Shown: positions 49,772 to 60,782, numbered from the stretch's first letter. The stretch: DNA of 64,000 nt from an uncultured Pseudomonadota bacterium (GCA_902761535.1 CACWKS010000002.1:142418-206417); one strand, 5' to 3'. Made by a program: numbers and translations. The notes: generated by a model from the letters alone, not told the origin.

Positions 49772-51001
49772 ATGTTAAATTGCATCTGGGCAGCTTTTTT
49801 TATTTTTGCTTTTATTGCCGCAATAATCCAAAGCCTAAATGGTAATAATGAAATATGGAAACAAATCGTGGACAGCTTGTTTTCAAGTGCCGACAGCGGT
49901 TTTCGCGTAGCTTTAGGCTTGACCGGAGTATTGTGTTTTTGGTTAGGCATATTAAAAATTGCCGAGAAATCCGGTTTAACCGAAGCTCTTGCCAAATTAT
50001 TAAAACCTTTTTTTCGTGCCGTTATGCCCGATCTCAAACCTAATTCTCCGGCATTCGGCTCAATCGTAATGAATGTTGCCGCCAATGTATTGGGTTTGGA
50101 TAATGCCGCTACTCCTATGGGAATTAAGGCTATGGAGCAAATGCAAAAAGAAAATCTTTATCAGGATAAGGCATCTAATTCTCAAATTCTATTTATGGTA
50201 TTAAATTCTTCATCGCTCACCTTATTGCCTGTTACCATATTGATGTATCGCTATCAGTTCGGTTCTGCTAATCCGGCTATGGTATTTATTCCGATATTAT
50301 TGGCTACTTCCGTTTCCACTTTAGCCGGCTTTTTAGCAACAGCTTTATGGTTGCGTATCAATATTTTCCGACCGGTAATTTTGGCTTATTTAGGGTTTGG
50401 CGGTTTGCTGATAGGTTTGATTGGTTATCTGTTTACCCGGCTTAATTTTGCCGATAAAACCACTGCAGCAATGATTATGAGCAATGCATTGTTGTTTGGT
50501 CTGGTAGCCTTTTTCATATTGTGGGGGTTGCTCAAAAAGCAAAATGTCTACGAAAACTTTATTGAAGGCGCCAAAGAAGGTTTCACCATCGCCGTGCAAA
50601 TTATTCCTTATCTGGTCGCAATGTTGGCTGCAATCGGTATCTTTCGCGCCGCCGGAGGAATAGACTTACTTTGTTCGGCTTTGGAAAAGTTATTAAGCCA
50701 TTGGGATGTTGATTACGAGTTTGTCAAAGCTGTTCCTACGGCCTTAATGAAACCTTTATCCGGTAGCGGTGCCAGAGCTATGATGCTTGATACATTCAAG
50801 ACTTACGGTGTTGACAGTTTTGCCTCCTTTGCCGCTTCGGTAGTGCAAGGTTCAACCGAAACCACTTTTTACGTTCTGGCTGTTTATTTCGGTGCCGTCA
50901 AAATCAGCAAAACCGGAGCAGCCTTACCTTTAGCTTTGTTTGCCGATATATGCGGAATTATTGCCGCAATTTCTTTGGCTTATGTTTTTTATCAGGAGTA
51001 A
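49772..51001 (+). CDS. Nucleoside-recognition (Gate) domain membrane protein, SpmA/SpmB-like fusion
   Basis: Two Gate-domain halves across about 10 transmembrane segments; 409 aa. Confidence 0.6.
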   Translation: MLNCIWAAFFIFAFIAAIIQSLNGNNEIWKQIVDSLFSSADSGFRVALGLTGVLCFWLGILKIAEKSGLTEALAKLLKPFFRAVMPDLKPNSPAFGSIVMNVAANVLGLDNAATPMGIKAMEQMQKENLYQDKASNSQILFMVLNSSSLTLLPVTILMYRYQFGSANPAMVFIPILLATSVSTLAGFLATALWLRINIFRPVILAYLGFGGLLIGLIGYLFTRLNFADKTTAAMIMSNALLFGLVAFFILWGLLKKQNVYENFIEGAKEGFTIAVQIIPYLVAMLAAIGIFRAAGGIDLLCSALEKLLSHWDVDYEFVKAVPTALMKPLSGSGARAMMLDTFKTYGVDSFASFAASVVQGSTETTFYVLAVYFGAVKISKTGAALPLALFADICGIIAAISLAYVFYQE

Positions 51002-51004
51002 TAA

Positions 51005-51658
51005 ATGAGCGAATTAGATAATAATCAAAGTGATAATATACCTTCTGCCGACGACCAAGTCGATGCTATAGCGGCTGCTTTGGATATCGGTGATCGAGCC
51101 AAAGCAGTTGAATTAAATAATATATTGTGGAGCAGCGGCGGAGCTTTATCACAGGATTATAAAAATTTTTATATTGAATGTCTGCTTGATATGGGCGAAA
51201 TAGAACAGGCATCTTCATTATTAAAACCGATAATGAACAATTTAATCATATATGTCGGTGATTATTGGCCGGTTTTGCTCAAATATGCATTTTTATCGGC
51301 TAATTTGTCTTTAGCGGTATCTATTGGCGAATATCCCGATATTCATCAACAAATGGAACCGATATTCAACTGGTTGAAAACTCATCAACAAGATTATACT
51401 CTGCGCCATTTTAATTATATCTTGCATATGGCAACGGAAGCTGTGCGCGGTAAAATGTGTGCCTTTGATTTGTTGGCACTTGATGACGGCAAGATTGAAT
51501 GTGTATTTTATTCAACGGATGACGATGAACAAAACCGTCAAACTGCCGCCGATATAATCGAACAAGCCACCGAATATCTGGATAATTTGGGAATCGCTTT
51601 GCCTGAGGATTGGATCTTAGCTTTCGATAATGTTGCCAATCGCAATTTATCGCTCTAA
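51005..51658 (+). CDS. Hypothetical protein
   Basis: 217-aa ORF tightly spaced after the Gate-domain gene. No recognised motif. Confidence 0.4.
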   Translation: MSELDNNQSDNIPSADDQVDAIAAALDIGDRAKAVELNNILWSSGGALSQDYKNFYIECLLDMGEIEQASSLLKPIMNNLIIYVGDYWPVLLKYAFLSANLSLAVSIGEYPDIHQQMEPIFNWLKTHQQDYTLRHFNYILHMATEAVRGKMCAFDLLALDDGKIECVFYSTDDDEQNRQTAADIIEQATEYLDNLGIALPEDWILAFDNVANRNLSL

Positions 51659-53041
51659 ACTTTGAGCCGGTAATTTTTGACTTTGTTGTGCCACCAATCG
51701 CCGCAAATTACGCTGAAGCAATGCATAATTTTCCGGATTCTGTTTCAATTCATTTAACGATAATTCCAGCTCCGAATTTATTTTTTGCGAATGACGTTTC
51801 AGTGTTTTGTACAAATTAGGTTTGTACACTTCAAGCCCTTTTTCCTCTTTTTGCATCCTTTCTGAGCTTATGGTATTATATTTTTCATGAAACATTCTGT
51901 CACTTTCAACATGTCTTTTGTACATCTCATCATATACATTATATACATCAGATATAGGTTTGTTATCTATAATATTCAATATAACTCCATTATATGCTTC
52001 ATCTTTATTTTCACTAAAAAATTCAATAATTTTATCAACATCTTTAGTTTTTAATATATCAACCAATCTGATAATATAATAACTCTCATGTTCTAAGTGA
52101 CCTTCTAAAGAACCATAATGGTCTGCATTATAACTTGTTGCATTGAATCCGGCTTTTTTGGCAGATTGTTCAACCAATTCAATTCCTCTATCAGGATATG
52201 TTAAATAAAATCCCATTTTGCCTGCAGCCTCCTTAACAACATAGTCGCGCAATAATTTATTTAGTATAATAAACCTGTTTTCTTCAAAAATTCCGCGCAT
52301 AAAAGCCTTTTTATCTTTTGACTTATTATAAACATCTATTAGCTTTTTATCATAACCTAATGCTGATTGTGCCTCAACTTCGCTGACATCACCGCTCAAT
52401 AACCTGTAAAATTTCTCTTTATCAGAAGAATCACATGATAAGATATATTCTTCCTCTTCTTTGGTGTAGTTATCGGTTTTATAAGTTGCACTATGTTCTC
52501 CGATTTCAAACAATTTACCGTTATTATCTCCTGGGCGGATGATATAAGTGCTTTCGGGTAACACCAATCCTTTGTCGGGATCCGGCTCAAAATAAGTATC
52601 TATCATGCAAACCATTTCAGGTTTGGAGTTTTTTTCAACAACATCATTAAAAGGTGCTAATACAACAATACCTGCATCATCCCAATTTCCATACGCGTGA
52701 CTGGCAACCACATGATTTAAGGTAAAATGAACTGTTGATCTGACTGACCTGTAATCAGTTGCCATAGCTGTCGTTTCAACATACATCTCGCCGTCAGAGT
52801 TCTTTTTCGGCTCATAACTGGTTGCATGAACACATAACCAATCATTGGGAGAACTCATATAGGGAGCATAACTTCTGGTCGGCTCATTGGACAACATCGG
52901 TTCCTTATCTGACGAAGATGTTTCACCAGTTTCTGAAACATTTGTTTCCTTAGGGTTTAATCTGTCTTTAATCCTTCTAATCCGCTCGATTAATTCTTTT
53001 AATCTCTTATTCATTAACAGCCTCGTTGGTCTTTGTTGCAT
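51647..53041 (-). CDS. Large hypothetical protein (464 aa), no signal peptide
   Basis: Long ORF with consistent coding character. No recognised family. Confidence 0.45.
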   Translation of the reverse strand: MQQRPTRLLMNKRLKELIERIRRIKDRLNPKETNVSETGETSSSDKEPMLSNEPTRSYAPYMSSPNDWLCVHATSYEPKKNSDGEMYVETTAMATDYRSVRSTVHFTLNHVVASHAYGNWDDAGIVVLAPFNDVVEKNSKPEMVCMIDTYFEPDPDKGLVLPESTYIIRPGDNNGKLFEIGEHSATYKTDNYTKEEEEYILSCDSSDKEKFYRLLSGDVSEVEAQSALGYDKKLIDVYNKSKDKKAFMRGIFEENRFIILNKLLRDYVVKEAAGKMGFYLTYPDRGIELVEQSAKKAGFNATSYNADHYGSLEGHLEHESYYIIRLVDILKTKDVDKIIEFFSENKDEAYNGVILNIIDNKPISDVYNVYDEMYKRHVESDRMFHEKYNTISSERMQKEEKGLEVYKPNLYKTLKRHSQKINSELELSLNELKQNPENYALLQRNLRRLVAQQSQKLPAQSLER

Positions 53042-53095
53042 ATATTATTGAACATAACATTATAATATCATAAATTACAAATTATGTCAAAATAT

Positions 53096-54049
53096 TTAAA
53101 ATGGTGCGGCAATCAGTCCGTTACCATTATCTAGCATCGGAACTTCAATATGTGATGAAATTTTTCCCATTCCGCTGGAAAATAGTTTTACTACCAGTGC
53201 TGATGCGATTTTTTGGGCATCATCTTCTGCCGCAAACAATATAAAGCGGTTTTGATGTTCGGTAATGCTTTCTCCGGTTTTGGTATCGGTCAAAGTCAAA
53301 GCTACCACAACTTGTAAACGATGGGTTGCTGCATTAAGTTTATCCACTTTTGCTTTTAACACTTTTGTCTTTAAGATATAATCAGGATTATCCTGCTTAT
53401 CGGTAACTTCTATTCCTTGAATTTTGGATAAATCTTTTTTCAAATAATCAAAAAATTTACCTGTAGATGTTCCGTCAAAAAACTCGGTTCGGTCAACAAA
53501 AATCTGTTTACTTCGTCCGCTTATTTTTATCTTTTTTTCTTTAGCCGGCTTTTCTGCATAAGCAATATCTTCATTAATGGTAATATTCGGCTTGGGCGGC
53601 AATTCCATTTCAAAATCATCTGGTTTGTTATCTTCGGTTGTTGAAGCAAGTACAACATTCGCAAAAGTTTGATTTATTGCCGATTCAGATAATAACGCAT
53701 TTACTTCCACGCATAATTCTTCAGCTGTTTGTTTTAAGGTTGTGATGCTCAAATCGTCAAGCTCATCAATTAACCGAAGTATTTTATTTTCGAATTGACT
53801 TTTATCCATATTATCTTGATATTTTTTCAATTCATCTAAATTGCGTAAAGCAACAAAAGCGGCCTTATCAGCCGCCTTCATTCTTGCTGCAGATTTACTC
53901 GAATCTTCGGCAATTTTCTCACAATATTTGCCGACAATCGTAAAACTGCCGTTTGATACATCATAATTTTCTTGAGCATAAACACTAGGAATCGTTAAAA
54001 ACAAAGTTCCTAAAATGCCCGTCAATAAACGCATATTTCCTACCACCAA
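53096..54049 (-). CDS. Secreted/periplasmic hypothetical protein, downstream member of a lipoprotein pair
   Basis: Signal peptide MRLLTGILGTLFLTIPSVYA. It overlaps the upstream lipoprotein gene. Confidence 0.5.
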   Translation of the reverse strand: MVVGNMRLLTGILGTLFLTIPSVYAQENYDVSNGSFTIVGKYCEKIAEDSSKSAARMKAADKAAFVALRNLDELKKYQDNMDKSQFENKILRLIDELDDLSITTLKQTAEELCVEVNALLSESAINQTFANVVLASTTEDNKPDDFEMELPPKPNITINEDIAYAEKPAKEKKIKISGRSKQIFVDRTEFFDGTSTGKFFDYLKKDLSKIQGIEVTDKQDNPDYILKTKVLKAKVDKLNAATHRLQVVVALTLTDTKTGESITEHQNRFILFAAEDDAQKIASALVVKLFSSGMGKISSHIEVPMLDNGNGLIAAPF

Positions 54050-54675
54050 CTTCCGTCATCGTTTTGAACTTGACGAACCGTATCCGACCAGCTGTTCAGC
54101 ATATTGCCGTTACGATCCATCAAACGCATCTCATAAGAAATGACCGGAACTTCAGGTGTATTTGAATTGGTAAGCGAGCTTTCAAATATATATTCAGCTG
54201 CATTAGGATCTTCTACAATATTAAACATTTTTGAGTTAACTAAAATATCGCGGGCTGTTTGACCTGCCGAGTTTGGTCCGTCCGGCAAATAGCGGTCAAT
54301 TTGTACCATGTCGGCAATATAAATCGGCGCATTGGGATAATTAACAAAAATAGCCGGAGAATCTTCCAAAACTTTACCTGCAACTCTTGATGCCAAAATA
54401 CTGTAAACTTCCGGAGTGATTACATAATCAGCCGAAGCATAACGTTCACCGCGTTTAGGCAATTGATAGCCCTCAACTTGTTGTTGAACACAAGTTGGTT
54501 GTCCGCAATTTGTTTCGGTATAATTGACCTTTTCCTCTGTCCTGACATCAATATATTTAACATCGGGTTTGGGATTACGGCACAACCCTGTCATGCTGCA
54601 CAAATCAGGACTTCTGACTTCGCTGCAGGCACACAAGGCTAATAAACTCATTCCGGCTAATAAAGACTTTTTCAT
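54040..54675 (-). CDS. Lipoprotein of unknown function
   Basis: Lipobox LLALCAC and a Cys-rich N-terminus. Confidence 0.5.
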   Translation of the reverse strand: MKKSLLAGMSLLALCACSEVRSPDLCSMTGLCRNPKPDVKYIDVRTEEKVNYTETNCGQPTCVQQQVEGYQLPKRGERYASADYVITPEVYSILASRVAGKVLEDSPAIFVNYPNAPIYIADMVQIDRYLPDGPNSAGQTARDILVNSKMFNIVEDPNAAEYIFESSLTNSNTPEVPVISYEMRLMDRNGNMLNSWSDTVRQVQNDDGSWW

Positions 54676-54825
54676 TGTTCAAACTCCATAACAAAAAAAC
54701 GATAAGGTTATTATAAAACATAATAAAAAAAATAAAACACATTTTTCAATTATTCACTATTTACTTTTTATGATAATTTATATTAAAATCACGTTAATTT
54801 TAATTTTAAAAGAAAGTTTTTCTGA

Positions 54826-55281
54826 ATGACAATAGCTTTTACTTTCATATTGATAGGTTTAGCGGCGGTAATATATCCGTTACGTTACAATCGTTTTTAC
54901 CTGTTGAACGCGGCTTTGGTCATAGGTTTGTCTTATTTTACCGAAAACTATGTTTTCAAAATAAACCCGCATCATTTCTTTTCGGTAAAAACTTTGTTGC
55001 TGTTTTTGGTATTTCACTTAGTATGTATCAATATTACTACTTTTATTGCTTACGGGGTTGATAAACATGCAGCAGTCCGCAAGCAGTGGCGCATTCCCGA
55101 AAATGATTTACATACATTGGAGTTCTTAGGCGGGTGGATAGGGGCTTTTATCGGCCAAAAATTCTTTCACCACAAAACCGCCAAAAAAAGCTTTCAGCGT
55201 ATGTATTTATTGATGATATTGCTGGAATTTTCAGCTGTATGGTTTTTAGTGTATTATTTGGGAATAAATCGTTATTTCTAG
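54826..55281 (+). CDS. DUF1294-family membrane protein
   Basis: YGVDKHAAVRKQWRIPENDLHTLEFLGGWIGAFIGQKFFHHKTAKKSF matches the DUF1294 core. Confidence 0.6.
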   Translation: MTIAFTFILIGLAAVIYPLRYNRFYLLNAALVIGLSYFTENYVFKINPHHFFSVKTLLLFLVFHLVCINITTFIAYGVDKHAAVRKQWRIPENDLHTLEFLGGWIGAFIGQKFFHHKTAKKSFQRMYLLMILLEFSAVWFLVYYLGINRYF

Positions 55282-55285
55282 CCGT

Positions 55286-55798
55286 TTAAGCTTTTTCTTT
55301 GCGTTGCTTTTCCAGTTTTTTCAGCAGCATCTGTCTTTTCAATCTGCTGATGTGGTCGATGTATAAAATGCCGTCTAAATGGTCAAGTTCATGTTGCACC
55401 GCTACAGCCAAAAAATCTTGAGCCGACAACTCTTTTTCTTCACCGTTATAATCAATATATTTTACCTTAACAGCTGCCGGACGTTCTACTTCAGCCCGCA
55501 TTCCCGGAACTGACAAACAGCCTTCTTCACAAACTTTTTTTTCATCTGAACTCCATACAATTTCCGGATTAACCATATACAAAGGATCGGGCTCTTCATC
55601 TTCTTTGGCTATATCAATTACCACAATGCGTTTGGATATTCCCACTTGCGGCGCAGCCAAACCGCAACCGTTGCACTCATACATCATCTCCAGCATATCA
55701 TCCAGCAATTGCCGTAATCCGTCATCAAAAACTTCTACTTTTTGTGCTTTTTGCTTTAATATCGGGTGAGGGTATTCATATAAAGTTAATCTGCTCAT
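55286..55798 (-). CDS. def: Peptide deformylase
   Basis: GLAAPQVG, EGCLS and HELDHL motifs. Confidence 0.9.
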   Translation of the reverse strand: MSRLTLYEYPHPILKQKAQKVEVFDDGLRQLLDDMLEMMYECNGCGLAAPQVGISKRIVVIDIAKEDEEPDPLYMVNPEIVWSSDEKKVCEEGCLSVPGMRAEVERPAAVKVKYIDYNGEEKELSAQDFLAVAVQHELDHLDGILYIDHISRLKRQMLLKKLEKQRKEKA

Positions 55799-55806
55799 GA
55801 TTGTGC

Positions 55807-56298
55807 CTATCTGATGCTTTTGGAAATGCTGTCTAACAAGGCATTGACCATTTTAGGTTCACCTTTGGAGAAAAAGGCATAAGCCAAATCAACATATTCC
55901 TTAACAATTACTGTTCCGTCAATATCGGTGGTATTAACCAATTCATAAGCCGCACAAAGCAATAATGCTCGTAAAGTTCCGTCAAAATGCTCAAAAGTCC
56001 ATCCTTCTTTCAGATATTGAGTTAAAGACTTTTCTAAAGCTTCTTTGTTTTTCTGCACACCTTTAACCAGTTTGGAAAAGTATTCATGATCCGGCTCTTC
56101 GATTTCAACCATTTCTTCCAATATTTCAAATCCGTCGCTTTGCTCTTCAATGGCATAACGTCCTATCTCTCCGTTAATAAAGTCTTTTATAACTTCATCA
56201 ACCGGCAATTGACCGAATTCAATCATATATGTAGCTTGCACGGCGGCCAAACGAGCCGCTGATTTCTTTTTAATTTTTTCTGAAATAAATTTTGCCAT
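55807..56298 (-). CDS. nusB: Transcription antitermination factor NusB
   Basis: NusB family fold and typical length (AARLAAVQATYM...). Confidence 0.8.
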   Translation of the reverse strand: MAKFISEKIKKKSAARLAAVQATYMIEFGQLPVDEVIKDFINGEIGRYAIEEQSDGFEILEEMVEIEEPDHEYFSKLVKGVQKNKEALEKSLTQYLKEGWTFEHFDGTLRALLLCAAYELVNTTDIDGTVIVKEYVDLAYAFFSKGEPKMVNALLDSISKSIR

Positions 56299-56302
56299 TT
56301 TA

Positions 56303-56773
56303 TTATTTCCCTTCAGGTTTTGCCATATGTTCCAAATCCGCTAAAAATTCTTCAAAATCTTTCGGTTCGCGAAAATCTTTATAAACCGAAGCAAATCTTA
56401 TATATGCCACATGGTCTAAAGCCGCCAGCGATTCCATAACCATTTCCCCGATTTGTGTTGATGGTATTTCTGCTTCTCCGGTGCTTTCCAACCGACGTTG
56501 AATTGAATTAACGATTTTTTCCACCTTTTCCGCACTTATTGGCCTTTTCCGCACAGCCAAATAAATTGACTTCGCCAATTTGTCGCGATCAAACATCACT
56601 CTTTCGCCGTTTTTCTTCACCACCGTCAAATCACGTAATTGCACATGTTCAAAGGTGGTAAATCGCTGTCCGCAATCCGGACATTCTCTGCGACGGCGAA
56701 TAGCCGTATCATCATCGGTATTACGCGAATCTTTAACTTGAGTGTCATTACATCCGCAAAACGGACATTTCAT
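56303..56773 (-). CDS. nrdR: Transcriptional repressor NrdR
   Basis: MKCPFCG...[12 protein letters not shown] zinc ribbon plus an ATP-cone domain. Confidence 0.9.
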   Translation of the reverse strand: MKCPFCGCNDTQVKDSRNTDDDTAIRRRRECPDCGQRFTTFEHVQLRDLTVVKKNGERVMFDRDKLAKSIYLAVRKRPISAEKVEKIVNSIQRRLESTGEAEIPSTQIGEMVMESLAALDHVAYIRFASVYKDFREPKDFEEFLADLEHMAKPEGK

Positions 56774-56776
56774 CGG

Positions 56777-58099
56777 TTAACTCCCTTGTTTTATCAAACT
56801 TTCGGCTGTTTTATACATCAGCGAAGAATATCTTGCCCCCTTTATAAGAACAATATCGCCGTTTTGCAAGCATTTATTTAATAAAAAGTCATCTAACCCG
56901 ACATAAGAGTCAAAATAATGCTGTTCTTTCTCCGGTGGCAGTTGTGCCAACATATCGCGCATTTCTTCACAAACTCCGATTACCACGTCAATATCGGTTG
57001 CGGCTATTGCTTTTCCGATTTCTATATGCCGTGATTTTGAAGTGTCGCCCAATTCAGCCATCTTACCCAGCACCGCAACCTTACGCCCCGTTGTTTGCAT
57101 CTTGCCTAAATTGGCAATTGCTAACTTCATTGCTTCGGGTTGTCCGGAATAACTGTCATCAATCAAGGTAAAAGTTCCGCCTTTGGGCAATTTCAGCAGA
57201 TGTTTGGCACCGCGCCCCGCTAATGGAGTAAAATTATTCAAAGCGGGCAGGGCTTTTGCCTCGTCCAGTCCCAAAGCCTCAATGGTTTTCAATACGCACC
57301 AGGCATTATAAAGATTATGCTCTCCGCTATCCTGTAAATTCAGTTGAGCTTGCGAATGATGATTTTTGCCGAATTTGAAAATTTTTAATCCGTTTTCTAA
57401 AGCGCGTTTCTCTAAAATCTCGGCAAAATTGGTATCTTCATTGATAATTGCCGCACCGTTTGCTTTCACTCCCTTAAATATTTCCGCCTTCGCCTCGGCA
57501 ATACCTTCAAAACTGTCAAAAAATTCAATATGCATCGGATAAACATTGGTAACAATCGCCAAATCCGGCTGTGCCATCTTTACCAGATTTTCAATCTCGC
57601 CTTTGGCACTCATACCCATTTCCACCACCGCAAAATCCGCCGTCATGTCTAAATTGCATAAAGTATTCGGCACACCCACCTGATTGTTAAAGTTTCCTTG
57701 CGTGGCATAAACTTTGCCGTATTGCGATAAAGCCGCTTTCAGTTCCTCTTTGGTGGTGGTTTTGCCGGATGATCCGGTCAAACCGATTACGATTCCTTTG
57801 AATAATGAGCGGTTATAGGTCCCGATTCGCCCGTAAGCTTCCAAAGTGTCTTTCACTATAAACTGTCTGTTTTCCGCAATATCATCGATTCGTTTTTCAA
57901 CCACAACTGCAACCGCGCCGTCTTTAATTGCTTGGGCGGCAAAATTATGTCCGTCAAATTTTTCTCCGCGTAGAGCAATAAACAAATCGCCTTTTTGCAC
58001 TTGTCGTGAATCAGTTGTAACCCTGCAGATTTCCTCATTTTCATAATTTTTTTCTTGCGCTAAAATTTCGCTTAATTTGCTCAAACTTATCTTTTCCAT
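56777..58099 (-). CDS. murF: UDP-N-acetylmuramoyl-tripeptide--D-alanyl-D-alanine ligase
   Basis: The ORF track gives 56777..58228 from a TTG; the likely start is MEKISLSKL (about 58099, +/-1). Mur ligase GSSGKTTTKE P-loop. Confidence 0.85.
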   Translation of the reverse strand: MEKISLSKLSEILAQEKNYENEEICRVTTDSRQVQKGDLFIALRGEKFDGHNFAAQAIKDGAVAVVVEKRIDDIAENRQFIVKDTLEAYGRIGTYNRSLFKGIVIGLTGSSGKTTTKEELKAALSQYGKVYATQGNFNNQVGVPNTLCNLDMTADFAVVEMGMSAKGEIENLVKMAQPDLAIVTNVYPMHIEFFDSFEGIAEAKAEIFKGVKANGAAIINEDTNFAEILEKRALENGLKIFKFGKNHHSQAQLNLQDSGEHNLYNAWCVLKTIEALGLDEAKALPALNNFTPLAGRGAKHLLKLPKGGTFTLIDDSYSGQPEAMKLAIANLGKMQTTGRKVAVLGKMAELGDTSKSRHIEIGKAIAATDIDVVIGVCEEMRDMLAQLPPEKEQHYFDSYVGLDDFLLNKCLQNGDIVLIKGARYSSLMYKTAESLIKQGS

Positions 58100-58258
58100 A
58101 GTCAGCCTCTTGCCTTTTTTTGAAACATTTTTCTCATTATAAAAACAAAAGTTAAATAAATTATTTATCTTTTGTCGACGAATTTTCTTGCAAATTTTGT
58201 CTTTTTGATTATAGAATGACCGCAACAAACTTTATTATTAACCTTAATATTATTAATC

Positions 58259-58945
58259 ATGAAAAAATTTGTTTTTTGCGCTCTGTGCGCACTTGCCATT
58301 TTGGCAATTGTTGGCTGTAAAGGCCGTAATTACAAAAGCCAAGTTATGCTTGGCAATGAACCGACAAACTATTACCATTGGACATGGACGGCTCAAGACG
58401 CCCCCTGGGGTATCTGCGATAAGGACGGCAACACCATCATCCCGCGGGTTTACCCCAAGTCGGTAGCCTATTACGGCGATTACTTCATCGCCGACAGCTT
58501 AACTAAGCAGGTACTTTACTCAGTGGATGGAAAACGTCTCTATGAGGCCGATAAAATCGAGCGGAGCGGTTTCAAGTACTTTGTCATTGGAGTCAACAAT
58601 GGTAAACAGTCCGTGTTTGATTTACGTACCGGAAAGACGGTCGACGGTTTCGACCAGATGCAGGTTTTCGCTTGCGGAGGTGAGGTGTTTTACCTTGTAA
58701 CCGTGGCCGAGAAAAAAGGTGTTACCGATACTCAAGGTAACATTGTTATCGGCCCGCGTTACGACGAGGTCATCGCCATCACCGACATCATCAAAGGCAA
58801 GAAGAGCGGTTTCTTCCTCTGTTGCAATAGCGGCTTATGGGAGAAACGTGACCTTGCCGGCAAGCAGACCGGTAAGCCCACCGCCAAACAAGTTGCGGCG
58901 GAAAAGAAAAAGACGGCCAACAGCCGAACGGTGCAGGAGTTTTGA
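58259..58945 (+). CDS. WG-repeat lipoprotein, GC-rich, probably horizontally acquired
   Basis: Lipobox AIVGCKG and repeated aromatic/WG-like segments. A sampled 60-nt stretch is about 58% GC, against roughly 30-35% for neighbouring genes. Confidence 0.6.
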   Translation: MKKFVFCALCALAILAIVGCKGRNYKSQVMLGNEPTNYYHWTWTAQDAPWGICDKDGNTIIPRVYPKSVAYYGDYFIADSLTKQVLYSVDGKRLYEADKIERSGFKYFVIGVNNGKQSVFDLRTGKTVDGFDQMQVFACGGEVFYLVTVAEKKGVTDTQGNIVIGPRYDEVIAITDIIKGKKSGFFLCCNSGLWEKRDLAGKQTGKPTAKQVAAEKKKTANSRTVQEF

Positions 58946-58957
58946 ATCTCTAGCACC

Positions 58958-59000
58958 AAACCAAAACCGCAGTTCATGTCAGAACTGCGGTTTTGTTGTT
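58958..59000. terminator. Bidirectional terminator between the WG-lipoprotein gene (+) and glyA (-)
   Basis: aaccgcagtt-catgtcag-aactgcggtt hairpin followed by a T-run. Confidence 0.65.
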
Positions 59001-59001
59001 T

Positions 59002-60255
59002 TTAATAAATCGGGAAACGTTGACACAAAGCAACGACTTTTTGCGTCACTTCTTCAATCATTTTTTGCTCCTTATCGGTTCCGACTGCTTCAATCACATC
59101 GGCAATCCACTCGCCGACCAAAGCAAATTCGGTCTCCTTAAATCCGCGTGTCGTTCCGGCGGGAGTTCCGACTCTGATACCCGAGGTAATCTTGGGCGGC
59201 TGCGGATCAAACGGAATAGCGTTTTTATTTGCCGTTATATGTGCCTTATCCAATGCATCGGCCGCCTTATCGCCGGTAACTCCTTTAGCCCGCAAATCCA
59301 CCAACAGCAAATGCGTGTCGGTTCCGCCTGATACCAAATCCAGTCCGCGTTTTTTCAATGTTTCGCCCAAAACGACAGCATTTTTAACCACTTGCGCGGC
59401 ATATTGCTTGAACTCATCACTCAAATCCTCTTTGAAACATACTGCTTTGGCGGCAATAACGTGTTCCAAAGGTCCGCCTTGAATACCGGGGAATACTGCC
59501 GAATTTATCTTCTTGGCAATTTCTTCATTGTTGGTCAGAATCATTCCGCCGCGCGGTCCGCGCAAAGTTTTGTGGGTGGTAGTGGTAACCACATCGGCAA
59601 ATGTGAGCGGATTGGGATGCACTCCGCCGGCAACCAATCCGGCAAAATGCGCCATATCTACCATAAGGTAAGCTCCGACTTTATCGGCAATTGCTCTGAA
59701 TTTAGCAAAATCGATTATCCGCGGATAAGCCGAACCTCCGGCAATTATCAGTTTCGGTTTATATTCCGTTGCCAGTTGTTCCACTTGAGCATAATCAATC
59801 AAACCGCTGTCTTTTTCAACCCCGTAGCCAACCGAATTCAGCCATTTTCCCGAAAATGATACTTTTGCCCCATGGGTTAAGTGTCCTCCGGCATCAAGGC
59901 TCATTCCCATAATCGTATCATTAGGTTGGAGCAGGGCGACATAAACCGCCATATTAGCCTGTGATCCCGAATGCGGTTGCACATTGACAAATTGTGCATT
60001 GAATAATTTTTTGGCGCGTTCGATAGCCAAAGTCTCGATTCCGTCAACAAATTCACAACCGTGATAATAGCGTCGATTCGGATAACCCTCGGCATATTTA
60101 TTGGTCAAAATCGATCCTTGAGCTTCTAAAACTGCTTTAGATACAATATTTTCCGAAGCAATCAGCTCAATTTGATTTTGCTGGCGCCGTAATTCTTTAT
60201 TGATAAGTTCGGCAATTTCAACATCTTCCGTAACTAAATTTTGTTCAAAATCCAT
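59002..60255 (-). CDS. glyA: Serine hydroxymethyltransferase
   Basis: SHMT motifs including the PLP-Lys region [14 protein letters not shown]. Confidence 0.95.
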   Translation of the reverse strand: MDFEQNLVTEDVEIAELINKELRRQQNQIELIASENIVSKAVLEAQGSILTNKYAEGYPNRRYYHGCEFVDGIETLAIERAKKLFNAQFVNVQPHSGSQANMAVYVALLQPNDTIMGMSLDAGGHLTHGAKVSFSGKWLNSVGYGVEKDSGLIDYAQVEQLATEYKPKLIIAGGSAYPRIIDFAKFRAIADKVGAYLMVDMAHFAGLVAGGVHPNPLTFADVVTTTTHKTLRGPRGGMILTNNEEIAKKINSAVFPGIQGGPLEHVIAAKAVCFKEDLSDEFKQYAAQVVKNAVVLGETLKKRGLDLVSGGTDTHLLLVDLRAKGVTGDKAADALDKAHITANKNAIPFDPQPPKITSGIRVGTPAGTTRGFKETEFALVGEWIADVIEAVGTDKEQKMIEEVTQKVVALCQRFPIY

Positions 60256-60256
60256 T

Positions 60257-60697
60257 TTATTCTCCTTGATTATCCAATTGTTTGATTCGCCTGATATGAC
60301 GTTCTCCGTTTGAAAAAGGTGTTGCTAAAAAGATATCCAGATACTTTAAAACTTCTTCCTTTGATTGAGTGCGACCGCCGAACACGGCAATATTGGCATT
60401 ATTATGTTCTTTTGCCAAAGCGGCAACTTGTTCATTATAAAGCAAAGCTGCCCGGATTCCTTTGTGACGATTAGCCGCAATTGATATTCCGATTCCGCTT
60501 CCGCAAACCAAAATACCTAAATCGGCTTTTTTATTCACAATATAATCAGCCATTTTATCGGCAATCAGCGGATAATCACAAGAATCGGTATTGTGGGTTC
60601 CCAAATCTTCCAAAACCAAACCTTTTTTGGCACAATGTTCAATAATCTCAGCCTTTCTCTCAAAACCGCCATGATCGGAAGCAATTGCAATTTTCAT
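60257..60697 (-). CDS. rpiB: Ribose-5-phosphate isomerase B
   Basis: RpiB/LacA/LacB family features, including [12 protein letters not shown]; 146 aa. Confidence 0.85.
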   Translation of the reverse strand: MKIAIASDHGGFERKAEIIEHCAKKGLVLEDLGTHNTDSCDYPLIADKMADYIVNKKADLGILVCGSGIGISIAANRHKGIRAALLYNEQVAALAKEHNNANIAVFGGRTQSKEEVLKYLDIFLATPFSNGERHIRRIKQLDNQGE

Positions 60698-60782
60698 AAT
60701 ATCAACAACTCCTTTTTAATTTCTTTTGGCGCTATCATATAATAAATTTTGCAATAAAAAACAATTTTTTTAAAAAAATCTA

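Noticed and set aside
59192-59859. Plus-strand ORFs within glyA
   Set aside because: They are antisense to a highly conserved SHMT gene and are spurious.
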